Assembly: GCF_009914755.1 (NCBI RefSeq)
Contig: NC_060934.1
Reading direction: 5' to 3' (one strand)
Source: the human T2T-CHM13v2.0 reference genome, Homo sapiens
DNA: 64,000 nucleotides
Part shown: piece after piece, positions 25,001 to 40,000 of the stretch
How the letters are laid out: every line of letters starts with the position of its first letter
Position numbering within the stretch: position 1 is the stretch's first letter
Notes under the pieces: generated by a model
Told to the model about the DNA's origin: nothing
Database searches by the model: none
What the model saw: only the letters and a program-made list of their open reading frames with translations
Program-made: the position numbers and the translations under genes

Positions 25001-28000
25001 GTGGAATTTGCAAGTGGAGATTTCAAGCGATTTGATGCCAATCTTAGACATGGAAATGTCTTCATATTAAAAGTACACAGAGTCATTCGTAGAAACTAGT
25101 TTGTGATGTGTGCCTTCAACTCACAGAGTTTAACCTTTCTTTTCATAGAGCAGTTGGGAAACACTCTATTTGTAAAGTCTGCAAGTGGATATTTGGACCT
25201 CTTTGAGGCCTTCGTTGGAAACGGGATTTCTTCATATAACGCTAGACAGAAGAATTCTCAGTAACTTCTTTGTGTTGTGTGTATTCAACTCACAGAGTTG
25301 AACCTTTCTTTAGAGGGAGCAGAGGTGAAACACTCTTTTTGTGGAATTTGCTAGTGTAGATTTCAAACGCTTCGAAGACAGTGATAGAAAAGGATATATC
25401 TTCGTATTAAAAGTAGACAAAATCATTCTCAGAAAACTCTTTGTGATGTGTGTGTTCAACTCACAGAGTTTAACCTTTCTTTAATCGAGCAGTTTGGAAA
25501 TACACTCTTTGTAAGTCTGCAGGTGGATATTTGGCCCTCTTTGAGCCCTTCGTTGGAAACGGGATTTCCTCATATAATGCTAGACAGAAGAATTCTCAGT
25601 AACTTCTTTGTGTTGTTTGTATTCAACACACAGATTTGAACCTTCCTTTAGAGAGAGCAGATTTGAAACACTCTGTTTTTGGAATTTGCAAGTGCAGATT
25701 TCAAGCGCTTCTAGGCCTATGGCAGAAAAGGAAATATCTTCGTATAAAAACTACACAGAATCATTCTCAACAACTACTTTGTGATGTGTGCGTTCAACTC
25801 ACAGAGTTTAACCTTTCTTTTCATAGAGCAGTTTGGAAACACTCTGTTTGTAAAGCCTGCAAGTGCTTTTTTGGACTTCATTGAGGCCTTCGTTGGAAAC
25901 GGGATTTCTTCATGTAATGCTAGACAGAAGAATTCTCAGTCACTTCTTTGTGTTGTGTGTATTCAAGTCACAGAGTTGAACCTTCCTTTAGACAGAGCAG
26001 TTTTGAAAAATTCTTTCTGTGGAGTTTGCAAGTGGAGATTTCAAGCGATTTGAGGCTAATCTTTGAAATGGAAATATCTTCGTGTAAAAACTACACAGAA
26101 TCATTCTCAGAAACTGCTTTGTCATCTGTGCGTTCAGTTCACAGAGTTTCACCTTTCTCTTCATAGAGCAGTTTGGAAAGACTCTGTCTGTAAAGTCTGC
26201 AAGTGATTAGTTAGACCCCTTTGAGGCCTTCGTTGGAAGCGGGATTTCTCATTTACTGCTAGACAGAAGAATTCTCAGTAAATCCTTTGTGTTGTGTGTA
26301 TTCAACTCACAGAGTGGAACCTTCCTTTATTCAGAGCAGTTTTGAAAAACACTTTTTGTGGAATTTGCAAGTGGAGATTTCAAGCGATTTGACGCCAATC
26401 TTAGACATGGAAATATCTTCATATTAAAAGTACACAGAGTCATTCGTAGAAACTAGTTTGTGATGTGTGCCTTCAACTCACAGAGTTTAACCTTTCTTTT
26501 CATAGAGCAGTTTGGAAACACTCTATTTGTAAAGTCTGCAAGTGGATATTTGGACCTCTTTGAGGCCTTCGTTGGAAACGGGATTTCTTCATACAACGCT
26601 AGACAGAAGAATTCTCAGTAACTTCTTTGTGTTGTGTGTATTCAACTCACAGAGTTGAACCTTTCTTTAGAGAGAGCAGAGTTGAAACACTCTGTTTTTG
26701 GAATTTGCAACTGCAGATTTCAAGCGATTCTAGGCCTATGGCAGAAAAGGAAATATCTTCGTATAAAAACTACACAGAATCATTCTCAACAACTACTTTG
26801 TGATGTGTGCGTTCAACTCACAGAGTTTAACCTTTCTTTTCATAGAGCAGTTTGGAAACACTCTGTTTGTAAAGCCTGCAAGTGCTTTTTTGGACTTCAT
26901 TGAGGCCTTCGTTGGAAACGGGATTTCTTCATATAATGCTAGACAGAAGAATTCTCAGTCACTTCTTTGTGTTGTGTGTATTCAAGTCACAGAGTTGAAC
27001 CTTCCTTTAGACAGAGCAGTTTTGAAAAATTCTTTCTGTGTAATTTGCAAGTGGAGATTTCAAGCGATTTGAGGCTAATCTTTGAAATGGAAATATCTTC
27101 GTGTAAAAACTACACAGAATCATTCTCAGAAACTGCTTTGTCATCTGTGCGTTCAGTTCACAGAGTTTCACCTTTCTCTTCATAGAGCAGTTTGGAAAGA
27201 CTCTGTCTGTAAAGTCTGCAAGTGATTAGTTAGACCCCTTTGAGGCCTTCGTTGGAAGTGGGATTTCTCATTTACTGCTAGACAGAAGAATTCTCAGTAA
27301 ATCCTTTGTGTTGTGTGTATTCAACTCACAGAGTGGAACCTTCCTTTATTCAGAGCAGTTTTGAAACACTCTTTTTGTGGAATTTGCAAGTGGAGATTTC
27401 AAGCGATTTGACGCCAATCTTAGACATGGAAATATCTTCATATTAAAAGTACACAGAGTCATTCGTAGAAACTAGTTTGTGATGTGTGCCTTCAACTCAC
27501 AGAGTTTAACCTTTCTTTTCATAGAGCAGTTGGGAAACACTCTATTTGTAAAGTCTGCAAGTGGATATTTGGACCTCTTTGAGGCCTTCGTTGGAAACGG
27601 GATTTCTTCATATAACGCTAGACAGAAGAATTCTCAGTAACTTCTTTGTGTTGTGTGTATTCAACTCACAGAGTTGAACCTTTCTTTAGAGGGAGCAGAG
27701 GTGAAACACTCTTTTTGTGGAATTTGCTAGTGTAGATTTCAAACGCTTCGAAGACAGTGATAGAAAAGGATATATCTTCGTATTAAAAGTAGACAAAATC
27801 ATTCTCAGAAAACTCTTTGTGATGTGTGTGTTCAACTCACAGAGTTTAACCTTTCTTTAATCGAGCAGTTTGGAAATACACTCTTTGTAAGTCTGCAGGT
27901 GGATATTTGGCCCTCTTTGAGCCCTTCGTTGGAAACGGGATTTCCTCATATAATGCTAGACAGAAGAATTCTCAGTAACTTCTTTGTGTTGTTTGTATTC

Positions 28001-31000
28001 AACACACAGATTTGAACCTTCCTTTAGAGAGAGCAGATTTGAAACACTCTGTTTTTGGAATTTGCAAGTGCAGATTTCAAGCGCTTCTAGGCCTATGGCA
28101 GAAAAGGAAATATCTTCGTATAAAAACTACACAGAATCATTCTCAACAACTACTTTGTGATGTGTGCGTTCAACTCACAGAGTTTAACCTTTCTTTTCAT
28201 AGAGCAGTTTGGAAACACTCTGTTTGTAAAGCCTGCAAGTGCTTTTTTGGACTTCATTGAGGCCTTCGTTGGAAACGGGATTTCTTCATATAATGCTAGA
28301 CAGAAGAATTCTCAGTCACTTCTTTGTGTTGTGTGTATTCAAGTCACAGAGTTGAACCTTCCTTTAGACAGAGCAGTTTTGAAAAATTCTTTCTGTGGAG
28401 TTTGCAAGTGGAGATTTCAAGCGATTTGAGGCTAATCTTTGAAATGGAAATATCTTCGTGTAAAAACTACACAGAATCATTCTCAGAAACTGCTTTGTCA
28501 TCTGTGCGTTCAGTTCACAGAGTTTCACCTTTCTCTTCATAGAGCAGTTTGGAAAGACTCTGTCTGTAAAGTCTGCAAGTGATTAGTTAGACCCCTTTGA
28601 GGCCTTCGTTGGAAGCGGGATTTCTCATTTACTGCTAGACAGAAGAATTCTCAGTAAATCCTTTGTGTTGTGTGTATTCAACTCACAGAGTGGAACCTTC
28701 CTTTATTCAGAGCAGTTTTGAAAAACACTTTTTGTGGAATTTGCAAGTGGAGATTTCAAGCGATTTGATGCCAATCTTAGACATGGAAATGTCTTCATAT
28801 TAAAAGTACACAGAGTCATTCGTAGAAACTAGTTTGTGATGTGTGCCTTCAACTCACAGAGTTTAACCTTTCTTTTCATAGAGCAGTTGGGAAACACTCT
28901 ATTTGTAAAGTCTGCAAGTGGATATTTGGACCTCTTTGAGGCCTTCGTTGGAAACGGGATTTCTTCATATAACGCTAGACAGAAGAATTCTCAGTAACTT
29001 CTTTGTGTTGTGTGTATTCAACTCACAGAGTTGAACCTTTCTTTAGAGGGAGCAGAGGTGAAACACTCTTTTTGTGGAATTTGCTAGTGTAGATTTCAAA
29101 CGCTTCGAAGACAGTGATAGAAAAGGATATATCTTCGTATTAAAAGTAGACAAAATCATTCTCAGAAAACTCTTTGTGATGTGTGTGTTCAACTCACAGA
29201 GTTTAACCTTTCTTTAATCGAGCAGTTTGGAAATACACTCTTTGTAAGTCTGCAGGTGGATATTTGGCCCTCTTTGAGCCCTTCGTTGGAAACGGGATTT
29301 CCTCATATAATGCTAGACAGAAGAATTCTCAGTAACTTCTTTGTGTTGTTTGTATTCAACACACAGATTTGAACCTTCCTTTAGAGAGAGCAGATTTGAA
29401 ACACTCTGTTTTTGGAATTTGCAAGTGCAGATTTCAAGCGCTTCTAGGCCTATGGCAGAAAAGGAAATATCTTCGTATAAAAACTACACAGAATCATTCT
29501 CAACAACTACTTTGTGATGTGTGCGTTCAACTCACAGAGTTTAACCTTTCTTTTCATAGAGCAGTTTGGAAACACTCTGTTTGTAAAGCCTGCAAGTGCT
29601 TTTTTGGACTTCATTGAGGCCTTCGTTGGAAACGGGATTTCTTCATGTAATGCTAGACAGAAGAATTCTCAGTCACTTCTTTGTGTTGTGTGTATTCAAG
29701 TCACAGAGTTGAACCTTCCTTTAGACAGAGCAGTTTTGAAAAATTCTTTCTGTGGAGTTTGCAAGTGGAGATTTCAAGCGATTTGAGGCTAATCTTTGAA
29801 ATGGAAATATCTTCGTGTAAAAACTACACAGAATCATTCTCAGAAACTGCTTTGTCATCTGTGCGTTCAGTTCACAGAGTTTCACCTTTCTCTTCATAGA
29901 GCAGTTTGGAAAGACTCTGTCTGTAAAGTCTGCAAGTGATTAGTTAGACCCCTTTGAGGCCTTCGTTGGAAGCGGGATTTCTCATTTACTGCTAGACAGA
30001 AGAATTCTCAGTAAATCCTTTGTGTTGTGTGTATTCAACTCACAGAGTGGAACCTTCCTTTATTCAGAGCAGTTTTGAAAAACACTTTTTGTGGAATTTG
30101 CAAGTGGAGATTTCAAGCGATTTGACGCCAATCTTAGACATGGAAATATCTTCATATTAAAAGTACACAGAGTCATTCGTAGAAACTAGTTTGTGATGTG
30201 TGCCTTCAACTCACAGAGTTTAACCTTTCTTTTCATAGAGCAGTTTGGAAACACTCTATTTGTAAAGTCTGCAAGTGGATATTTGGACCTCTTTGAGGCC
30301 TTCGTTGGAAACGGGATTTCTTCATACAACGCTAGACAGAAGAATTCTCAGTAACTTCTTTGTGTTGTGTGTATTCAACTCACAGAGTTGAACCTTTCTT
30401 TAGAGAGAGCAGAGTTGAAACACTCTGTTTTTGGAATTTGCAAGTGCAGATTTCAAGCGATTCTAGGCCTATGGCAGAAAAGGAAATATCTTCGTATAAA
30501 AACTACACAGAATCATTCTCAACAACTACTTTGTGATGTGTGCGTTCAACTCACAGAGTTTAACCTTTCTTTTCATAGAGCAGTTTGGAAACACTCTGTT
30601 TGTAAAGCCTGCAAGTGCTTTTTTGGACTTCATTGAGGCCTTCGTTGGAAACGGGATTTCTTCATATAATGCTAGACAGAAGAATTCTCAGTCACTTCTT
30701 TGTGTTGTGTGTATTCAAGTCACAGAGTTGAACCTTCCTTTAGACAGAGCAGTTTTGAAAAATTCTTTCTGTGTAATTTGCAAGTGGAGATTTCAAGCGA
30801 TTTGAGGCTAATCTTTGAAATGGAAATATCTTCGTGTAAAAACTACACAGAATCATTCTCAGAAACTGCTTTGTCATCTGTGCGTTCAGTTCACAGAGTT
30901 TCACCTTTCTCTTCATAGAGCAGTTTGGAAAGACTCTGTCTGTAAAGTCTGCAAGTGATTAGTTAGACCCCTTTGAGGCCTTCGTTGGAAGTGGGATTTC

Positions 31001-34000
31001 TCATTTACTGCTAGACAGAAGAATTCTCAGTAAATCCTTTGTGTTGTGTGTATTCAACTCACAGAGTGGAACCTTCCTTTATTCAGAGCAGTTTTGAAAC
31101 ACTCTTTTTGTGGAATTTGCAAGTGGAGATTTCAAGCGATTTGACGCCAATCTTAGACATGGAAATATCTTCATATTAAAAGTACACAGAGTCATTCGTA
31201 GAAACTAGTTTGTGATGTGTGCCTTCAACTCACAGAGTTTAACCTTTCTTTTCATAGAGCAGTTGGGAAACACTCTATTTGTAAAGTCTGCAAGTGGATA
31301 TTTGGACCTCTTTGAGGCCTTCGTTGGAAACGGGATTTCTTCATATAACGCTAGACAGAAGAATTCTCAGTAACTTCTTTGTGTTGTGTGTATTCAACTC
31401 ACAGAGTTGAACCTTTCTTTAGAGGGAGCAGAGGTGAAACACTCTTTTTGTGGAATTTGCTAGTGTAGATTTCAAACGCTTCGAAGACAGTGATAGAAAA
31501 GGATATATCTTCGTATTAAAAGTAGACAAAATCATTCTCAGAAAACTCTTTGTGATGTGTGTGTTCAACTCACAGAGTTTAACCTTTCTTTAATCGAGCA
31601 GTTTGGAAATACACTCTTTGTAAGTCTGCAGGTGGATATTTGGCCCTCTTTGAGCCCTTCGTTGGAAACGGGATTTCCTCATATAATGCTAGACAGAAGA
31701 ATTCTCAGTAACTTCTTTGTGTTGTTTGTATTCAACACACAGATTTGAACCTTCCTTTAGAGAGAGCAGATTTGAAACACTCTGTTTTTGGAATTTGCAA
31801 GTGCAGATTTCAAGCGCTTCTAGGCCTATGGCAGAAAAGGAAATATCTTCGTATAAAAACTACACAGAATCATTCTCAACAACTACTTTGTGATGTGTGC
31901 GTTCAACTCACAGAGTTTAACCTTTCTTTTCATAGAGCAGTTTGGAAACACTCTGTTTGTAAAGCCTGCAAGTGCTTTTTTGGACTTCATTGAGGCCTTC
32001 GTTGGAAACGGGATTTCTTCATATAATGCTAGACAGAAGAATTCTCAGTCACTTCTTTGTGTTGTGTGTATTCAAGTCACAGAGTTGAACCTTCCTTTAG
32101 ACAGAGCAGTTTTGAAAAATTCTTTCTGTGGAGTTTGCAAGTGGAGATTTCAAGCGATTTGAGGCTAATCTTTGAAATGGAAATATCTTCGTGTAAAAAC
32201 TACACAGAATCATTCTCAGAAACTGCTTTGTCATCTGTGCGTTCAGTTCACAGAGTTTCACCTTTCTCTTCATAGAGCAGTTTGGAAAGACTCTGTCTGT
32301 AAAGTCTGCAAGTGATTAGTTAGACCCCTTTGAGGCCTTCGTTGGAAGCGGGATTTCTCATTTACTGCTAGACAGAAGAATTCTCAGTAAATCCTTTGTG
32401 TTGTGTGTATTCAACTCACAGAGTGGAACCTTCCTTTATTCAGAGCAGTTTTGAAAAACACTTTTTGTGGAATTTGCAAGTGGAGATTTCAAGCGATTTG
32501 ATGCCAATCTTAGACATGGAAATGTCTTCATATTAAAAGTACACAGAGTCATTCGTAGAAACTAGTTTGTGATGTGTGCCTTCAACTCACAGAGTTTAAC
32601 CTTTCTTTTCATAGAGCAGTTGGGAAACACTCTATTTGTAAAGTCTGCAAGTGGATATTTGGACCTCTTTGAGGCCTTCGTTGGAAACGGGATTTCTTCA
32701 TATAACGCTAGACAGAAGAATTCTCAGTAACTTCTTTGTGTTGTGTGTATTCAACTCACAGAGTTGAACCTTTCTTTAGAGGGAGCAGAGGTGAAACACT
32801 CTTTTTGTGGAATTTGCTAGTGTAGATTTCAAACGCTTCGAAGACAGTGATAGAAAAGGATATATCTTCGTATTAAAAGTAGACAAAATCATTCTCAGAA
32901 AACTCTTTGTGATGTGTGTGTTCAACTCACAGAGTTTAACCTTTCTTTAATCGAGCAGTTTGGAAATACACTCTTTGTAAGTCTGCAGGTGGATATTTGG
33001 CCCTCTTTGAGCCCTTCGTTGGAAACGGGATTTCCTCATATAATGCTAGACAGAAGAATTCTCAGTAACTTCTTTGTGTTGTTTGTATTCAACACACAGA
33101 TTTGAACCTTCCTTTAGAGAGAGCAGATTTGAAACACTCTGTTTTTGGAATTTGCAAGTGCAGATTTCAAGCGCTTCTAGGCCTATGGCAGAAAAGGAAA
33201 TATCTTCGTATAAAAACTACACAGAATCATTCTCAACAACTACTTTGTGATGTGTGCGTTCAACTCACAGAGTTTAACCTTTCTTTTCATAGAGCAGTTT
33301 GGAAACACTCTGTTTGTAAAGCCTGCAAGTGCTTTTTTGGACTTCATTGAGGCCTTCGTTGGAAACGGGATTTCTTCATATAATGCTAGACAGAAGAATT
33401 CTCAGTCACTTCTTTGTGTTGTGTGTATTCAAGTCACAGAGTTGAACCTTCCTTTAGACAGAGCAGTTTTGAAAAATTCTTTCTGTGGAGTTTGCAAGTG
33501 GAGATTTCAAGCGATTTGAGGCTAATCTTTGAAATGGAAATATCTTCGTGTAAAAACTACACAGAATCATTCTCAGAAACTGCTTTGTCATCTGTGCGTT
33601 CAGTTCACAGAGTTTCACCTTTCTCTTCATAGAGCAGTTTGGAAAGACTCTGTCTGTAAAGTCTGCAAGTGATTAGTTAGACCCCTTTGAGGCCTTCGTT
33701 GGAAGTGGGATTTCTCATTTACTGCTAGACAGAAGAATTCTCAGTAAATCCTTTGTGTTGTGTGTATTCAACTCACAGAGTGGAACCTTCCTTTATTCAG
33801 AGCAGTTTTGAAAAACACTTTTTGTGGAATTTGCAAGTGGAGATTTCAAGCGATTTGACGCCAATCTTAGACATGGAAATATCTTCATATTAAAAGTACA
33901 CAGAGTCATTCGTAGAAACTAGTTTGTGATGTGTGCCTTCAACTCACAGAGTTTAACCTTTCTTTTCATAGAGCAGTTTGGAAACACTCTATTTGTAAAG

Positions 34001-37000
34001 TCTGCAAGTGGATATTTGGACCTCTTTGAGGCCTTCGTTGGAAACGGGATTTCTTCATACAACGCTAGACAGAAGAATTCTCAGTAACTTCTTTGTGTTG
34101 TGTGTATTCAACTCACAGAGTTGAACCTTTCTTTAGAGAGAGCAGAGTTGAAACACTCTGTTTTTGGAATTTGCAACTGCAGATTTCAAGCGATTCTAGG
34201 CCTATGGCAGAAAAGGAAATATCTTCGTATAAAAACTACACAGAATCATTCTCAACAACTACTTTGTGATGTGTGCGTTCAACTCACAGAGTTTAACCTT
34301 TCTTTTCATAGAGCAGTTTGGAAACACTCTGTTTGTAAAGCCTGCAAGTGCTTTTTTGGACTTCATTGAGGCCTTCGTTGGAAACGGGATTTCTTCATAT
34401 AATGCTAGACAGAAGAATTCTCAGTCACTTCTTTGTGTTGTGTGTATTCAAGTCACAGAGTTGAACCTTCCTTTAGACAGAGCAGTTTTGAAAAATTCTT
34501 TCTGTGTAATTTGCAAGTGGAGATTTCAAGCGATTTGAGGCTAATCTTTGAAATGGAAATATCTTCGTGTAAAAACTACACAGAATCATTCTCAGAAACT
34601 GCTTTGTCATCTGTGCGTTCAGTTCACAGAGTTTCACCTTTCTCTTCATAGAGCAGTTTGGAAAGACTCTGTCTGTAAAGTCTGCAAGTGATTAGTTAGA
34701 CCCCTTTGAGGCCTTCGTTGGAAGTGGGATTTCTCATTTACTGCTAGACAGAAGAATTCTCAGTAAATCCTTTGTGTTGTGTGTATTCAACTCACAGAGT
34801 GGAACCTTCCTTTATTCAGAGCAGTTTTGAAACACTCTTTTTGTGGAATTTGCAAGTGGAGATTTCAAGCGATTTGACGCCAATCTTAGACATGGAAATA
34901 TCTTCATATTAAAAGTACACAGAGTCATTCGTAGAAACTAGTTTGTGATGTGTGCCTTCAACTCACAGAGTTTAACCTTTCTTTTCATAGAGCAGTTGGG
35001 AAACACTCTATTTGTAAAGTCTGCAAGTGGATATTTGGACCTCTTTGAGGCCTTCGTTGGAAACGGGATTTCTTCATATAACGCTAGACAGAAGAATTCT
35101 CAGTAACTTCTTTGTGTTGTGTGTATTCAACTCACAGAGTTGAACCTTTCTTTAGAGGGAGCAGAGGTGAAACACTCTTTTTGTGGAATTTGCTAGTGTA
35201 GATTTCAAACGCTTCGAAGACAGTGATAGAAAAGGATATATCTTCGTATTAAAAGTAGACAAAATCATTCTCAGAAAACTCTTTGTGATGTGTGTGTTCA
35301 ACTCACAGAGTTTAACCTTTCTTTAATCGAGCAGTTTGGAAATACACTCTTTGTAAGTCTGCAGGTGGATATTTGGCCCTCTTTGAGCCCTTCGTTGGAA
35401 ACGGGATTTCCTCATATAATGCTAGACAGAAGAATTCTCAGTAACTTCTTTGTGTTGTTTGTATTCAACACACAGATTTGAACCTTCCTTTAGAGAGAGC
35501 AGATTTGAAACACTCTGTTTTTGGAATTTGCAAGTGCAGATTTCAAGCGCTTCTAGGCCTATGGCAGAAAAGGAAATATCTTCGTATAAAAACTACACAG
35601 AATCATTCTCAACAACTACTTTGTGATGTGTGCGTTCAACTCACAGAGTTTAACCTTTCTTTTCATAGAGCAGTTTGGAAACACTCTGTTTGTAAAGCCT
35701 GCAAGTGCTTTTTTGGACTTCATTGAGGCCTTCGTTGGAAACGGGATTTCTTCATATAATGCTAGACAGAAGAATTCTCAGTCACTTCTTTGTGTTGTGT
35801 GTATTCAAGTCACAGAGTTGAACCTTCCTTTAGACAGAGCAGTTTTGAAAAATTCTTTCTGTGGAGTTTGCAAGTGGAGATTTCAAGCGATTTGAGGCTA
35901 ATCTTTGAAATGGAAATATCTTCGTGTAAAAACTACACAGAATCATTCTCAGAAACTGCTTTGTCATCTGTGCGTTCAGTTCACAGAGTTTCACCTTTCT
36001 CTTCATAGAGCAGTTTGGAAAGACTCTGTCTGTAAAGTCTGCAAGTGATTAGTTAGACCCCTTTGAGGCCTTCGTTGGAAGCGGGATTTCTCATTTACTG
36101 CTAGACAGAAGAATTCTCAGTAAATCCTTTGTGTTGTGTGTATTCAACTCACAGAGTGGAACCTTCCTTTATTCAGAGCAGTTTTGAAAAACACTTTTTG
36201 TGGAATTTGCAAGTGGAGATTTCAAGCGATTTGATGCCAATCTTAGACATGGAAATGTCTTCATATTAAAAGTACACAGAGTCATTCGTAGAAACTAGTT
36301 TGTGATGTGTGCCTTCAACTCACAGAGTTTAACCTTTCTTTTCATAGAGCAGTTGGGAAACACTCTATTTGTAAAGTCTGCAAGTGGATATTTGGACCTC
36401 TTTGAGGCCTTCGTTGGAAACGGGATTTCTTCATATAACGCTAGACAGAAGAATTCTCAGTAACTTCTTTGTGTTGTGTGTATTCAACTCACAGAGTTGA
36501 ACCTTTCTTTAGAGGGAGCAGAGGTGAAACACTCTTTTTGTGGAATTTGCTAGTGTAGATTTCAAACGCTTCGAAGACAGTGATAGAAAAGGATATATCT
36601 TCGTATTAAAAGTAGACAAAATCATTCTCAGAAAACTCTTTGTGATGTGTGTGTTCAACTCACAGAGTTTAACCTTTCTTTAATCGAGCAGTTTGGAAAT
36701 ACACTCTTTGTAAGTCTGCAGGTGGATATTTGGCCCTCTTTGAGCCCTTCGTTGGAAACGGGATTTCCTCATATAATGCTAGACAGAAGAATTCTCAGTA
36801 ACTTCTTTGTGTTGTTTGTATTCAACACACAGATTTGAACCTTCCTTTAGAGAGAGCAGATTTGAAACACTCTGTTTTTGGAATTTGCAAGTGCAGATTT
36901 CAAGCGCTTCTAGGCCTATGGCAGAAAAGGAAATATCTTCGTATAAAAACTACACAGAATCATTCTCAACAACTACTTTGTGATGTGTGCGTTCAACTCA

Positions 37001-40000
37001 CAGAGTTTAACCTTTCTTTTCATAGAGCAGTTTGGAAACACTCTGTTTGTAAAGCCTGCAAGTGCTTTTTTGGACTTCATTGAGGCCTTCGTTGGAAACG
37101 GGATTTCTTCATATAATGCTAGACAGAAGAATTCTCAGTCACTTCTTTGTGTTGTGTGTATTCAAGTCACAGAGTTGAACCTTCCTTTAGACAGAGCAGT
37201 TTTGAAAAATTCTTTCTGTGGAGTTTGCAAGTGGAGATTTCAAGCAATTTGAGGCTAATCTTTGAAATGGAAATATCTTCGTGTAAAAACTACACAGAAT
37301 CATTCTCAGAAACTGCTTTGTCATCTGTGCGTTCAGTTCACAGAGTTTCACCTTTCTCTTCATAGAGCAGTTTGGAAAGACTCTGTCTGTAAAGTCTGCA
37401 AGTGATTAGTTAGACCCCTTTGAGGCCTTCGTTGGAAGCGGGATTTCTCATTTACTGCTAGACAGAAGAATTCTCAGTAAATCCTTTGTGTTGTGTGTAT
37501 TCAACTCACAGAGTGGAACCTTCCTTTATTCAGAGCAGTTTTGAAAAACACTTTTTGTGGAATTTGCAAGTGGAGATTTCAAGCGATTTGACGCCAATCT
37601 TAGACATGGAAATATCTTCATATTAAAAGTACACAGAGTCATTCGTAGAAACTAGTTTGTGATGTGTGCCTTCAACTCACAGAGTTTAACCTTTCTTTTC
37701 ATAGAGCAGTTTGGAAACACTCTATTTGTAAAGTCTGCAAGTGGATATTTGGACCTCTTTGAGGCCTTCGTTGGAAACGGGATTTCTTCATACAACGCTA
37801 GACAGAAGAATTCTCAGTAACTTCTTTGTGTTGTGTGTATTCAACTCACAGAGTTGAACCTTTCTTTAGAGAGAGCAGAGTTGAAACACTCTGTTTTTGG
37901 AATTTGCAACTGCAGATTTCAAGCGATTCTAGGCCTATGGCAGAAAAGGAAATATCTTCGTATAAAAACTACACAGAATCATTCTCAACAACTACTTTGT
38001 GATGTGTGCGTTCAACTCACAGAGTTTAACCTTTCTTTTCATAGAGCAGTTTGGAAACACTCTGTTTGTAAAGCCTGCAAGTGCTTTTTTGGACTTCATT
38101 GAGGCCTTCGTTGGAAACGGGATTTCTTCATATAATGCTAGACAGAAGAATTCTCAGTCACTTCTTTGTGTTGTGTGTATTCAAGTCACAGAGTTGAACC
38201 TTCCTTTAGACAGAGCAGTTTTGAAAAATTCTTTCTGTGTAATTTGCAAGTGGAGATTTCAAGCGATTTGAGGCTAATCTTTGAAATGGAAATATCTTCG
38301 TGTAAAAACTACACAGAATCATTCTCAGAAACTGCTTTGTCATCTGTGCGTTCAGTTCACAGAGTTTCACCTTTCTCTTCATAGAGCAGTTTGGAAAGAC
38401 TCTGTCTGTAAAGTCTGCAAGTGATTAGTTAGACCCCTTTGAGGCCTTCGTTGGAAGTGGGATTTCTCATTTACTGCTAGACAGAAGAATTCTCAGTAAA
38501 TCCTTTGTGTTGTGTGTATTCAACTCACAGAGTGGAACCTTCCTTTATTCAGAGCAGTTTTGAAACACTCTTTTTGTGGAATTTGCAAGTGGAGATTTCA
38601 AGCGATTTGACGCCAATCTTAGACATGGAAATATCTTCATATTAAAAGTACACAGAGTCATTCGTAGAAACTAGTTTGTGATGTGTGCCTTCAACTCACA
38701 GAGTTTAACCTTTCTTTTCATAGAGCAGTTGGGAAACACTCTATTTGTAAAGTCTGCAAGTGGATATTTGGACCTCTTTGAGGCCTTCGTTGGAAACGGG
38801 ATTTCTTCATATAACGCTAGACAGAAGAATTCTCAGTAACTTCTTTGTGTTGTGTGTATTCAACTCACAGAGTTGAACCTTTCTTTAGAGGGAGCAGAGG
38901 TGAAACACTCTTTTTGTGGAATTTGCTAGTGTAGATTTCAAACGCTTCGAAGACAGTGATAGAAAAGGATATATCTTCGTATTAAAAGTAGACAAAATCA
39001 TTCTCAGAAAACTCTTTGTGATGTGTGTGTTCAACTCACAGAGTTTAACCTTTCTTTAATCGAGCAGTTTGGAAATACACTCTTTGTAAGTCTGCAGGTG
39101 GATATTTGGCCCTCTTTGAGCCCTTCGTTGGAAACGGGATTTCCTCATATAATGCTAGACAGAAGAATTCTCAGTAACTTCTTTGTGTTGTTTGTATTCA
39201 ACACACAGATTTGAACCTTCCTTTAGAGAGAGCAGATTTGAAACACTCTGTTTTTGGAATTTGCAAGTGCAGATTTCAAGCGCTTCTAGGCCTATGGCAG
39301 AAAAGGAAATATCTTCGTATAAAAACTACACAGAATCATTCTCAACAACTACTTTGTGATGTGTGCGTTCAACTCACAGAGTTTAACCTTTCTTTTCATA
39401 GAGCAGTTTGGAAACACTCTGTTTGTAAAGCCTGCAAGTGCTTTTTTGGACTTCATTGAGGCCTTCGTTGGAAACGGGATTTCTTCATATAATGCTAGAC
39501 AGAAGAATTCTCAGTCACTTCTTTGTGTTGTGTGTATTCAAGTCACAGAGTTGAACCTTCCTTTAGACAGAGCAGTTTTGAAAAATTCTTTCTGTGGAGT
39601 TTGCAAGTGGAGATTTCAAGCGATTTGAGGCTAATCTTTGAAATGGAAATATCTTCGTGTAAAAACTACACAGAATCATTCTCAGAAACTGCTTTGTCAT
39701 CTGTGCGTTCAGTTCACAGAGTTTCACCTTTCTCTTCATAGAGCAGTTTGGAAAGACTCTGTCTGTAAAGTCTGCAAGTGATTAGTTAGACCCCTTTGAG
39801 GCCTTCGTTGGAAGCGGGATTTCTCATTTACTGCTAGACAGAAGAATTCTCAGTAAATCCTTTGTGTTGTGTGTATTCAACTCACAGAGTGGAACCTTCC
39901 TTTATTCAGAGCAGTTTTGAAAAACACTTTTTGTGGAATTTGCAAGTGGAGATTTCAAGCGATTTGATGCCAATCTTAGACATGGAAATGTCTTCATATT

